A program made the position numbers and the translations under genes. From Neoechinorhynchus agilis (taxonomy: Eukaryota > Animalia > Acanthocephala), in NCBI GenBank assembly GCA_051530055.1, contig CM121341.1:16656784-16720783 (forward strand): 64,000 nucleotides of DNA, read 5' to 3'. This document shows positions 37,684-49,000 of the stretch, in pieces; within the stretch, counting starts at the first letter, position 1, and each line of letters opens with the position of its first letter. Below the pieces are notes generated by a model. That model searched no databases and was not told the origin of the DNA. It worked only from the letters and a program-made list of their open reading frames with translations.

Positions 37684-39284
37684 TCACCAAATATATCCGG
37701 CTTCTTTAGTCCACAATTTCTTTACTTGATCGTATTTGGTTTTCCGTCTGATTCTAGTAGCCGGTCCCATATCGTCTCTCATAATGAAATCATAGATCAC
37801 TTTGGTCCAACTATAATGACACGGGAGATTGTCGTAAAATTCAGGAGCAATAGCTTTAACTTTGGGGAGGTAATAGCACGGTACATTTGGGAAATCATGG
37901 TGTTCCATGTGGTAACCAACATTAAACGTGATGTAATTAAGCCATCCGTAGTACGAGCAGGTTTCGATTCCAGGAAAGAATTGGTAGTGTTCAGAAAGGA
38001 AATGACCTGAAATCGGGTGAAGTCCAAGACCAAGAATGGTTCCACAAAGGAGGTACAGAAGTGCTTTGAGTCCAAGCAGTCGGAAAACTGCATAATCGAA
38101 TGCCAATTGAACCAGTGCATTAAGGAGTTCGAGCCAAAGAATTGGTTTGGGACAAAGAAGTATTGGTCTTAAGGCGTAAAATAATGGTTGTAGGGCAACG
38201 GGCTTTTTGAACGGAAGAGATGATAAAGGAGCCGGGTCTACTTTCATTTAATTTGATGGGAAGGGGCGAAGCTGAACATTTTAGATTACATGAAATCTTG
38301 ATTATCATCTGGTGAACGGGGTATTGCTTTTTTCTTTGAACTTACACGTAAATCCGAAAACATGGCTTTCGAGATTTTCGCAAAACAATACATCATACAG
38401 AGAAAATCCTTGGGGATTTTAAAGTCAGAATTGTGGTATAAAAGACGCTTTTTAGTTACTAACAATGACTGATGATGCAAAGCTTTCTCTTTCGAAATAT
38501 TTCTTAGCAATAAAATACCTATTAACCGAGAGTATCATTACCACAATACTAATAACAATAAAGTTGCGATCAATGTATTTTTTGAATTTAGGTATGGAAT
38601 GATATTCGGAAAAAGTGGATATTATTAGGCGAATATCACTGCTCTCTAGTTGACAGACCCTTTCATTTCCTGCCCCTAAAAGCTCCTTGACTGTAAGGCC
38701 ATAAAAATGAGTTTTCCTATCCTTGAAGATAGCCAATTGATTTCAATATCGGTAGGTACATCTCCGTCTAGAACTTCATCGCCCAGATATCTTAAATACG
38801 AATGTGAGTACAATACAAAAGATTGTGGTTAATGATTCACCTGTGATGATCGGTATGATACTTTTTGAACGTAGTCGCGGCTGGAACTCCCATCGGGAGG
38901 TTTGCGAACATTCCGAACAGTCTGTTTATAAGCGGTCGTTTATTTCCGAAAATGGTATTATGACTGATTTCGTGAAGACTTAGGGAAAGTGAGTGATTGA
39001 GTGTTCCGCTGACGCCATAAGCGAGCAGTAGAAAAACAAAAGGAGAATCGACTTTCGCCGATACAAGTGCTGCCATGAGAACTTGAATGAAGACCTCTAA
39101 TGCAACTTGAATACCGATTCTGTAATCTGTAGTCATCAACGCTCTGACCTCTGGATGCATTTCTATTCATCAAAGCAAAAAATTGTGTTAAATCAAAGCG
39201 ATAATACTCACTAAGAATTTGACGACGGCGTTCTGCATGTATTTCCTCCTGGGAAGACCAGATTTTTTTTCGAACTGCAATCAT
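37684..39284 (-). CDS. DEGS1: Sphingolipid delta(4)-desaturase, 4 exons
   Basis: HAERRRQIL, His boxes HEISH, HTDHH and HMEHH, LQPLFYALRP, NVGYH. Two GT-AG introns plus one non-canonical insert. Confidence 0.93.
38191..38693 (-). other. Candidate non-canonical intron, 503 nt, TA-bounded Tc1/mariner-like MITE (reads AG...AC after exonic TAC when shifted 1 nt)
   Basis: GCC TTA|CAGTCAAGGAGCTTTT ... AAAAAGCCCGTTGCCCTA|CAA CCA. Removal gives GKLIFMALQPLFYALRP with no gap. Confidence 0.8.
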
Positions 39285-39924
39285 AATTCAGAAATGAGAT
39301 TATGCTTTTTTATTATATCGAATAGAGCGTAAGGTATCTGATAGGAATCCTTGTATGCCTTGCAAGAAATACACAATCGAGAATGCTTTTTGCCTGAAAC
39401 AAAAAAGACTAGATTACTAATATACGCGTTTAGATGTATGTACGTGGTTTCTCAAAAAGAGAACAATAGAAAAAGTTAAATTTGGAAAGGTGCATAGCGT
39501 ACTCATATCCGTTTAAAAGTTAAGGTAAACAGCGAAAATAGGGCGTAAACCCAATGCTTACCAGGAGAAAATGGTTTGTTGTCTCCTTGTCCTGCGTTGT
39601 GATTTCAATAGTACAAATCCGGTTCGATAAAATGCTTGTTTGGTTCTCCGATATTCCTAATTCGTAAAACATTTTTAATTTGGTTTTTTGAAAAAAAGAA
39701 AACATATAAGTTGTTGGATAACACAAAAACACATACACTTGTCTAGGAATGTTTGTATTTCTTTCTAAGTGTTGATATGAACATCTTTTGCACGAGATCG
39801 ATGGGTTGTGCTCAAGGAAAATTAACAGCCGTTTAATGGATGTTCACTTCATCACTTCGAAGCATAATGTAACCGGCTAGCCAGACATAAGATAAAATAT
39901 ATTTCATTCAAACAGCGAAACTGG

Positions 39925-40195
39925 TATCAATATGTCGATATTTAAGGATGTGCCGGGGCATATAATTAGAATTATTATTTAGAAGTCTTCAACTGGTAAA
40001 TGATTATTTATTAGAAACGGTTCAAACCTCGTAGGGTTCATCATCAGTTTGTTAGCGTCTTTTAATAACTAGCAAACTGATGATGAACCCGAAGAAATTC
40101 GAAACGTCTTTAATAAAACATTTTTTACCGGATGAAGACCTAAACAATAATTCCAATCACATTCCCCGGCATCTACTCACATACCGACATTCTTA
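39925..40195. mobile_element. Palindromic Penelope-type terminal-repeat derivative with back-to-back hammerhead-like motifs
   Basis: GGTTCATCATCAGTTTGTTAG...CTAGCAAACTGATGATGAACC centre with long inverted flanks. Confidence 0.75.
40068..40116 (+). ncRNA. Minimal type-I hammerhead-like motif (Penelope-type)
   Basis: CTGATGA (40077) - T - GAACCCGAAGAAATTC - GAAACGTC (40101-40108) - TTT. Stem II is degenerate in this copy. Confidence 0.5.
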
Positions 40196-40885
40196 AGCTT
40201 AATTTATGGAAAAATGAGAAACCAACTTTTTCAGATCTGTCAGTTTGCACGAACAGCAGTCTGAGAAAAGAGCGAAAATTTTAAATCGAAACATTAAGAG
40301 CATTCGCTCTAATTTGGTTTCAAATTGCAAAATATCAGAATCAGCCTAAAAACATATGAATGTTCAGAGCAAAAGCTAAAAGGCACGGAAATAACATATT
40401 ATTGCCCGAAAGTAAATTTTTGAATTTAAGACTACAATTAGATGGCTTAAGAATCGATGTGAATCATGTTTTCAAAAAGGCACTAACTAGAGTGACTAGC
40501 GCTTAATTTCACATCAAATATTTTATTAGCGTTAAAGAGAAATCGAGCTATTTGTAGCGTCCCATTAGGTCATTGTTATATAGTGATTTTAGATTGTTCA
40601 CGTCTGTAGTTTCCATTTTACTCATGAAAGTCCAAGATGTTTAGAAAAATTTTACCAACCGTGCTTTATTGGCTGAAGTTTCACAGGTTGAAGAAGATAT
40701 AAACGGTTAAGATAGTATCCTTAACCGTTTATTTTTTGTTAGTTCAAAAGCGACTTAAAATAATTTCACATTAAACTTCGTTTTGCAAAAAGACAGAGTT
40801 CTAAAGTGCGAGATCTACTAGTTGCTGAATTTTAAACAAAATTAACATGCAGACTTCAAAAGGTAACATTACACCAGTCAAATGT

Positions 40886-41567
40886 TCATTTTCGGAAAAT
40901 AGTTTTACCAATTTTAACTTTGTCTCCGTACTGTTCCCGAACTTTAGATGCTGAATTTTGTAGATGCTCAATCTGAACGCAGTACTCCGTAGAATAGAAA
41001 ACATTCTCCGCATCGAGCCACATTTCTTGTTCGTACAATGCCTTACTTAGCAGCACCCTTTAAGGAGATTCGTTGGTTACAAAACATCTTATAGTAACAC
41101 TCACTGACAAACGAATCGTGGTTTTAACTTGGGAAGAGATTTTCCCCAGGTTTGGCAATCGAGAATTCTATTGCGCATTTAGAATCAGATAACAAATGCG
41201 ATAGCAAACCGGATATCTTGCTTCTGCTTGTTAAAACGTTCATTTAAGCCATGAGTGAGAAACAAGTGACAAGATTTTGGATCAGACAAACATTTGTGGT
41301 TGACGTAAACGAGTGCCAGGTTGTGAAGTGCGTTTACTGCAGCGGGTGTAGGTATGAGAATCTGAATTCGAGGAACATCTCGAGGTCGGCATGCCATTAG
41401 TGTCCGTTGAATGCATTCCGCCACGCTTAGAGGAGGCGGATGTGTTACCAATGGACCGCTAATGCTTCCTGATGAACTAAAAGAAACAAAAGTGTGGAAC
41501 GCAAACACTCATCGTACCTGAAATTATTTCCTTTGTAGCAAAGATCCAGCAAAAATCTCTTGGACAT
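40886..41567 (-). CDS. TruA/PUSL1-like pseudouridine-synthase homolog, catalytic motif degenerate; at least 4 exons, 3' end uncertain
   Basis: Not in the ORF track as a whole. TTTTCAG|ATG at 41567; MSKRFLLDLCYKGNNF, SVAECIQRTL, IPTPAAVNALHN, LNERF...DIRILDC and KPRF are joined by GT-AG introns. Confidence 0.7.
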
Positions 41568-41619
41568 CTGAAAACAAAACACACCTTCTCTTATTTTTTT
41601 CACAAATTCTTGAATCCAT

Positions 41620-42033
41620 TTAATTTATGTCGATCAATCGAAACAAATTATCTCTGTCCTTGGGAATAACGCTAATAAATTTCTTAAGTGGCAAACCACG
41701 AATTTTTGCGTACTTATACAACGGACTTTCCGGATACGGTGTCAATTGTTCAAATGTTATATAAACCCTTCCGGGCAGTAATGATTCGATTGTGTAATCG
41801 CGAAGAAGTCGCGTGTTCTCACCTGGATAAAACACCAAATTCCTTTGTTTTGCGAGCACTTGTCCCGAATTCACATGCTCGCCATCACTTACATAAATAT
41901 TTCGTAATTTAGCGATTCTCCTTCGAATGGTATTACGCGTAGTACCACCGCCAACTGAACGCTTTTCTCGTTGAAAAGTGAGAAGAAGTAAGTTTGGGGA
42001 GCAACAGTTTCTTGAAATACGGCTAAGCGACAT
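41620..42033 (-). CDS. MRPL27: Mitochondrial ribosomal protein L27 (bL27m)
   Basis: KRSVGGGTTRN, DGEHVNSGQVLAKQR, FYPGEN and GRVYIT. Confidence 0.85.
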   Translation of the reverse strand: MSLSRISRNCCSPNLLLLTFQREKRSVGGGTTRNTIRRRIAKLRNIYVSDGEHVNSGQVLAKQRNLVFYPGENTRLLRDYTIESLLPGRVYITFEQLTPYPESPLYKYAKIRGLPLKKFISVIPKDRDNLFRLIDIN

Positions 42034-42466
42034 CTGAAACTTCGGTACGGTTTGGTTAAACGGGTTTGAAATTCCACAAAATAAAGTAAATTCTTAAAAT
42101 GACATTTTTTCGACTTCTCAAGAAGTATAACAATGCCATAATATATCAACTCGAAATACTCACATGATTACAGAAATTTAAACATTCATCAATAGAAGCA
42201 ATTCAGTTTTATCCATAGGCACCTACTCTTAATTTCGCAACGATATCCAATTTTAGACGCGACAATCCAACGTACCCGAACCATACAATACATAACAATT
42301 AGAACCTTTTCAAATGACCGATGGTGCTTTACAGGGGATTATGATCGGATGATATCATCCATTATTGCGTCGTTTTATCCATACATTAAGGGAAATGCAA
42401 TAATTGGCCAAAACGATCATCCAATTCCATTCAGAAGATTTAAAGATATTTTATCTTCGAATGTAT

Positions 42467-43243
42467 TTAATTAGTAGCGGTTCGGAGCATTTTGCTCGTG
42501 CGAAGATCTTGTAATTCTTGAAGCTGTTTTTCCACAATCACCTTTCTTTCATTTCTGAATTGCCCTAATTCCTCGGGACTGATTCGAGGGACAACCTTAA
42601 TCCCCGTTCGAACAGCCAACCGGATAATTGTCTTACAAAGCTGCTCCATGCTCATAAAAGCATAGAGTTTGTCATCTTTCTTTACGTTTGCGATTTCGTA
42701 AACGTGTTTAAGAGTTATCACACCTGCAATCTCCCTTTCTTTTATTCTAAAAAATTAAACCCAAAATGATAGAAGAGAAAATGCTCACTTGGATCCATCG
42801 GTCCACGGTTTATACCGGCAGCTTGCATTATCAGGAAGGACAGAGGAGGATTAATGAACTCTATCGTGAATGATCGATCAGGCTATTTGACAAAAAGGAA
42901 TCATAGATTATGAATATAAGACAAAAAGAGCTAACTTTAATGTAAATCATTGTGGGAAGGGGAATGCCTTCTTTGTAATTAGAGGTGAGTTCATTATAAT
43001 CCTTGCAGAATTTGGCAATGTTCAATCCTCGCTAATAGCAACTAATAAGGCGTAAAATTTTTACAAAAGATGAACCTGTCCAAGCATTGAACCGAGTGGA
43101 GGGGCAGCCGTTGCTCGTCCTGCGCCTATCCACACTCGAATATACGGCGGATGTTCAATCTTATCACCCGTCGCTTTCATTTTGCTCAATATCTTACCTA
43201 CTCTTTTTTTAGCTTCAGACGAAGCTCGACCGACTGCACTCAT
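42467..43243 (-). CDS. MRPL11: Mitochondrial ribosomal protein L11 (uL11m), 4 exons
   Basis: [40 protein letters not shown] and [13 protein letters not shown]. Three GT-AG introns. Confidence 0.92.
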
Positions 43244-43489
43244 CTACAATTAGTAAGATTCTTCAACTTTTGATCTTTCTACTCGCAATTTTAGAATACA
43301 CAAAAACGTCATTTACCTGAAATAATTACTTTTTTATAGCGAATTTGTAATAATTGATTTATTTGATAATTTTCGGCCTTCGAGTAGGCCTCGAATTTTC
43401 CTCAGCAAACAATAGACTGGAGAAAATATCAGATAAACAATTTATTATAATTCGCTATAAAAAGCAAATGATGAACATCTTTACCTGAA

Positions 43490-43740
43490 GCTTCAAGTCC
43501 CAGTTAAGGGTCACCGGGTTCGAATCCGTTACCACCGATGACGCACATCAAAGAGGGCCGAAATACTGCTGAAGGGAGGAAACTCACTGATGAGTCCCGC
43601 CTCCTCGGGAAGTATCTGAGAATCCAGAAGGATGTACAAACTTACAACCGTACGGTCTTGGGGCATTGAGCGCAGACCAGCGCTTCCCTGACCGAAATCG
43701 GTAGACTGTGTGTCCATCGGGCCGTGTATGGAAAAAAAAT
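43490..43740 (+). mobile_element. Diverged copy of tRNA-derived SINE family
   Basis: B box GGTTCGAATCC followed by body GAAATAC...GGAAACTCACTGATGAGTCCCGCC...CCTGACC, shared with the 44.3 and 57.2 kb copies. Confidence 0.65.
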
Positions 43741-44199
43741 CTGTCAAAAGACTACCGGCTGAGCCACATATAAAATAATTCTAAAAAAGTACCTAAGCAA
43801 AATTGGGGGTTGAATTACATAATTTGAGCTTCATGGATGAAAATACACTAGATCGTCGTTTATCCGCGAATTAATTCGGACCGGACACTATTCGAATACG
43901 TGTTTTTTTCTGATAACCGAAAACCGAATATTGGTTATTTAGTTTTTAAAGCTAAACTACAGATATCAAGGTTCTTAACGTGCATGGGAAGTGATTTAGA
44001 AAAGCAAAATTGGGGGTAGAATTACGTAATTGTAGCTTTATTTTTCAAAATAATCACTTAGTTGATCTTTGTACAACTTCACACCTTCGTTTTTTCGCAT
44101 CAAGGTCCTTTGAGTAGGACAGCATTTCGATCCGGATAATCAACGTTCCATTGTACTTCATATAAACCGAACGAGACAACAGCTTTATTTTTTCTCTAA

Positions 44200-44550
44200 G
44201 TATTGTGAACATTCTCTACACGGCTGATAATTTTCCTTGGGCATCGATCTGGCAGTAAACTGTCCGCTCCCCCCCGAATACCTGTTTCAAGGTCAAAAAG
44301 GCGTATTATCGCCGATGGCTCCTAACCAAAGGGACGAAATACCTCGTTGAAGGAAAGAGGAAACTCACTGATGAGTCTCGCCTAAATTCGGAGGGATGCG
44401 TACAAACTCATAACCTCATAGTTCAGGGGAATTAAGTGATTTTATGCGCTTTTTCCTGACCAAGATCGATGAGTGTGTGCTCAAGCAAAATAATCAGCCG
44501 TGTAAGAAATGTTCACATCAACAGTTAGAAAAAATGTAACCGGCCATCCA
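44200..44550 (+). mobile_element. SINE-body copy bracketed by inverted repeats (TACACGGCTGAT.ATTTT)
   Basis: Near-identical to the minus-strand 57053-57300 copy; inverted ends at about 44205-44245 and 44478-44520. Confidence 0.75.
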
Positions 44551-45020
44551 GAAAAACCAAAAATGCGAGTTTTGCACGCTCCCAAGTTGAAGTTCAAACA
44601 AAAAATGGACTAAAATTTCGAGAATATCAGTAAAATGCGCTAATTGACACGGAAGAACAAATAACCAAAAATTGTACAACGCACGGTTTCTTTGAAATGG
44701 TGACTTCATGAAGAGGACGTTCGGTCTTGAGGTTTGTGGCTTTCTTAGATTTATACGTCACAGTGCTAAACTTCTACGCGAGTGCGTTCTACATTATAAA
44801 ACCAAGAACGTCAAAACGCAAATGCATATTCTCTTGCTTTTGCGAGAGAGAAAGCAGCTCAGCGCATTTAGGAATCCGGCGGGTAGGATCTCGAAATGAT
44901 AAAGGTGACATATCTTGCGGATCTACTGATGTGACTCCTTTTATGGCATCTTGGTTCTTTTTCTTTTTATTTAGGACTTATCAACCCCTTCAGCGGCAGC
45001 AGACAAAATATCTTCTGACA

Positions 45021-47778
45021 ATGAAACGAAAAAGGTATGTGTATATTATATTTCGATTTTTACCAAATCTTAAATTTGTTCTTTTACTAATGATTGCCCA
45101 ATACGATTTTCTGAGTTCGTCTGAACTTTTGATGGTTATTGTTATTCAAATATCTTTCCTAACTCTTATTTTCATAACCGGATTTCCCAATCATTTCGCT
45201 TTATCGTGATATCGAACTTCAAATAAATTCTTTTATCTTAACTGCCGGAATTGGCCTCCTTTCAACTTGTTAGGAAATCGAACTTCAAGGAGATTGTTTG
45301 CTTTTTTTATCTTTTTTGTTTACCCATCATTTTGCTTATTCACCGCAATTGCTAGCCTCTTCTCAACGTGATAGGAAATCGAACTTTAAAGGAATTGTTT
45401 TCTTTTTATATATATCGTTGTTTGTATTTCTTTATTATTCTCAAGATTAAGTGACCATTTAATTTTTAATTACCAAGTGGCTTTTGGTATGTAAGTTCCT
45501 TTTCGTATTTTCATCATCGTCACTTGTCGAGTATTCGAGAAAATACGTTTTTCGTTTTAAGTGTTTATGTAATTATTCCTAGTTTGGAATACCGACGTTT
45601 CGTAGACCATTATTGTTTGGTGAGGTTTTTGACGCGCTTTAGAGATTGTTAGGTGACAAGTGGTTGTTTGCGTAATTTCAGGCTGACCAAAGGCCCAATG
45701 TCCATTCCAACGGACACTGTTTTCACTCCGGTGAACAATTCGTAAAGATGGTTAAATTAAGCTGAATCTATGGATTGTTAAAGAATTGCTAACAATCGTT
45801 GATTGCGCCATTTCACAAGTATCCTTTCGTTTCTTATATCCTACCTCGCACATCATTCATTATGTCGTTTGAAATTCTACTCCCTTTCGAATAAGTTCGC
45901 TCTTAAAACGCTTTGTGCAGGAAGAGACAAGCTTCTTTTCACGTTCACTATTGACTTCAACGTTCAATACGCAAAACTCCTCTATAAATTCAGTAGCGAG
46001 CGCTGAATTGCGAGATCTTACAAGTCTTCCAAACTTGAGCCAAGTACAGGATGACGCCGAACGGGAATCGTTGTTCAAGGAAAAGCTCAACCAATGTTGC
46101 GTAATGTTCGATTTTTGCGTTGATCCATTAGCGACCGTGGACCGCTTGATACATAGTGTGTTCTCAAAGCGGTGACCAAGCGGTCACGTAAGTGATCTTA
46201 AGGCAAAAGAAATTAAACGAGATGCATTATACGAGATTAGTGATCAAATTAATCAATGGTCCCATACAAATGGAGGACCTCCCTCTTCTGTTTATCCAGC
46301 AATAATCAACATGTTCATGGTTAACGTATTTCGCATCCTTCCACCTCCCGCAAACCCTAATGGTGCAGAGTATGATCCAGATGAAGATGAACCTAACTTA
46401 GAACCGAGCTGGGTTCACCTTAATCTCGTCTACGATCTCTTTGTAAGATTCATCGACTCGTCAAACTTTAAAGTAAATCTCGCAAAGCAATATATTGATC
46501 ACAAATTTACCTTTCAACTCATTGATCTCTTTGACAGTGAGGATCCTCGAGAACGTGAAAGCCTGAAGACCCTGCTTCATAGAATATACGCAAAGTTTAT
46601 TTTCTTGAGAACGGATATCAAGAAGCAAATGAACAATGTATTTTTCAGGTTTATCTATGAAACCGAGCGTCATAACGGAATCACAGAATTACTTGAACTA
46701 ATGGTCAGGTAAGATTTTAGGAGCTGTAACTGCTTCCTACTTGTGTTTCAACATAGCATCATCAACGGATTTGTACTTCCCTTAAAGGATGAACATAAGA
46801 CGTTTTTGCTTCGAGTATTGCTTCCACTTCACAAAGTCAAGACGCTTGCGGTCTTTCACTCACATTTGTCGTGTTGTGTGGTACAATTTCTAGAAAAAGA
46901 TCAATCACTGATTAGTTCAGTAAGTCTGAAAAATGATATCTTTTTTCGAACATTATTTGCATTTTAATCGCTGTAAAAAAATTATATGAACGAAATGTGA
47001 GGAAAATGCTTCTTCTAATTATTGCTTTAAAATTGTGGGCTCTGTTATAAAAACGAAATTACACGAGTTGAAAATTTGAGACTCCAGAAATTTAGGATAA
47101 AATATTTTTTATTTGGTCTTAAAGGCCTGAAGTGCTTTCGTTGATCCTCACTTCATCTTTTTGCCATGAAAATAGGTCATTCGAAAACTGTTGCGCTACT
47201 GGCCAAAGACACACAGTCCAAAGGAAGTTTTATTTCTGAACGAATTCGAGGAAATTCTGGATGTAACAGAACCGCATAACTTCCCGTCGGTGATGGTTCC
47301 GATGTTCAAGCAGATTGCTAGATGTATAAGCAGTCCTCACTTTCAGGTTTCTGAACGAGCGCTTCTCATGTGGAACAACGACTATATAATTAGTCTCCTC
47401 AGTGAGAACTGCGAGAATATTATGCCGATCCTTTTACCTGTCCTGTGTCAAAATAGTGCTCATCATTGGAATCGTACTATACATGGTCTCGTCTATAATG
47501 CCCTCAAGCTCACGATGGAGATGAATCATGTTTTATTCGATAATTGTGCTTCTGAGTATTTTAAGCGGGAAGGGGAACGAACAAATGCTGAATTGGCCAG
47601 GCAGCAGTTTTGGCAGCATTTGGAGAATATTGCCACTGTGAAACAGAACAACGTTGATCAGTTCAGAGACGAAGAACGACCACCAATGGAACTAAGCAAA
47701 TTAACGCGATGGCACAGGAACTTAGACGATAGTACGCAGCGGGGATCAGCTACGTTGTTACCGACTGAAAACAAATGA
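45021..47778 (+). CDS. PP2A regulatory subunit B56 (PPP2R5 family), multi-exon; 5' exons tentative
   Basis: [83 protein letters not shown] and HWNRTI. Confidence 0.95.
46131..46190 (+). other. Candidate non-canonical hairpin intron (60 nt, GC...TA after exonic TA)
   Basis: Removal gives DPL-SDLK exactly. The insert contains an in-frame TGA and the stem GACCGCTT/AAGCGGTC. Confidence 0.78.
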
Positions 47779-48259
47779 TAAGTCAGTGAAGCACTTGATT
47801 GCGCGTGTTCTCAAAAATTATTATCGGATGGAAATCAAAGTAAATCAGTCGAAAAAATAGACTATTTGAAATGACGGTATCTTAAGAACGGAAGGCGGTG
47901 GTTGGCAAACTTTAGTCGTTTCTTTGCCTAATTTATGTTCGTTTTCAAACTGAGAATGGCTTAAAATCTGGAAGAAGAATTAAGGGTGAAATTTGAGATT
48001 TTCAGAAAGCGGTCACAGAATTTCCAATCGTATTTAGACTACGGATTGGAACTTTAAAGACAAATTCTATAAAGAAATCTTTTTTTTAATCTTTTTGAAC
48101 GTAATACTAAATGGAGTCTGAAAAGCGGTGTTTACTGAGCGTCAAAAATATTTAGTATGTCAATAAAATCTGCCGTCTTCCCTTTATAATAGAAAAATTG
48201 AACAATTAAAGAAAATGTTCCCTTATTTCTTATCTAAAGACCTCAATTTTTCATTTCGT

Positions 48260-48430
48260 ATATACGATGAGGTGGCTGCACAGCTCAAGAAAATGAAGAC
48301 TGGTAGGAGCGCCGGTCCAGATAACATTACGATCGAGTTGTGGCAATCCCTGGGAGTCTTCGGAATAAAGTTGCTCACGAGGCTCTTTCAGAAGATAGAT
48401 ACGGAGGAAAAGATCCCGTCGGAACGGCAA
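48260..48430 (+). mobile_element. RTE-clade LINE fragment (pre-RT region)
   Basis: EVAAQLKKMKTGRSAGPDNITIELWQSLGVFGIKLLTRLF...EKIP. Confidence 0.75.
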
Positions 48431-49000
48431 CGTAAGACGGCCTTCGGAAACGCGAGGATGCACTCGATCAGGCATGCTAATTTGGAGGCTACGGAGGACC
48501 TGGCGCCTCGCGGGATTCGTCTAATCATTCGGGTACAGTGTGAAAGCATCTCGATCAGTACTGGAGTTGGGCCATTCGTGTCTGTGACCACAGTTGTGAG
48601 TTCGGTTAAATTGGATGGATTGGATGAAGACGGAAAAGCAGGCTGAGTTGGAGGTTTTCTGGATCCAGGGCAATGCGAACCATGATGACCGTGGGAGCGG
48701 ACGAGACCACTGAGAGTCGGTTTGAAGACACGAAGATAAACACTGCATTTGACGGATTTGCATTGGAGACTGGGCACCCCTTCGCCAGCAAGCGAAACAG
48801 CCGCCGCGGCGGACGTTGTTGCGGCATGCAAACTGCCTCCCTCGATAGAAGCCGCACTCGCACTGAGGTTTGAACTATCGGAATGCAATCTTTCCGGTGT
48901 TCCTCTGTTTATCATTGCGGGAATGTTTTCGAAGGGCACATGGGTTTCTCCTCGCCGGCGCGGCGGACGTTGTTGCGGCGGACGTGATTTCACTTCACAA
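48430..49000 (-). mobile_element. CRE-clade retrotransposon N-terminal fragment
   Basis: C..C...HG....CPGS zinc-finger-like segment and IRRIPRGARSSVASKLACLI. GC-rich, with an internal duplication of GCCG(C)GGCGGACGTTGTTGCGGC. Confidence 0.55.

Noticed and set aside
43505-43535. tRNA gene (GGTTCGAATCC)
   Set aside because: No cloverleaf or A box; it is the decayed B box of the SINE family.
1805-46190. Explaining the gene-breaking inserts as simple long-read errors or recent null mutations
   Set aside because: They are 40-503 nt structured sequences with shared TA/CA boundaries in five otherwise intact conserved genes, which is unlikely for indel errors or homozygous knockouts. Only RNA data can fully exclude it.
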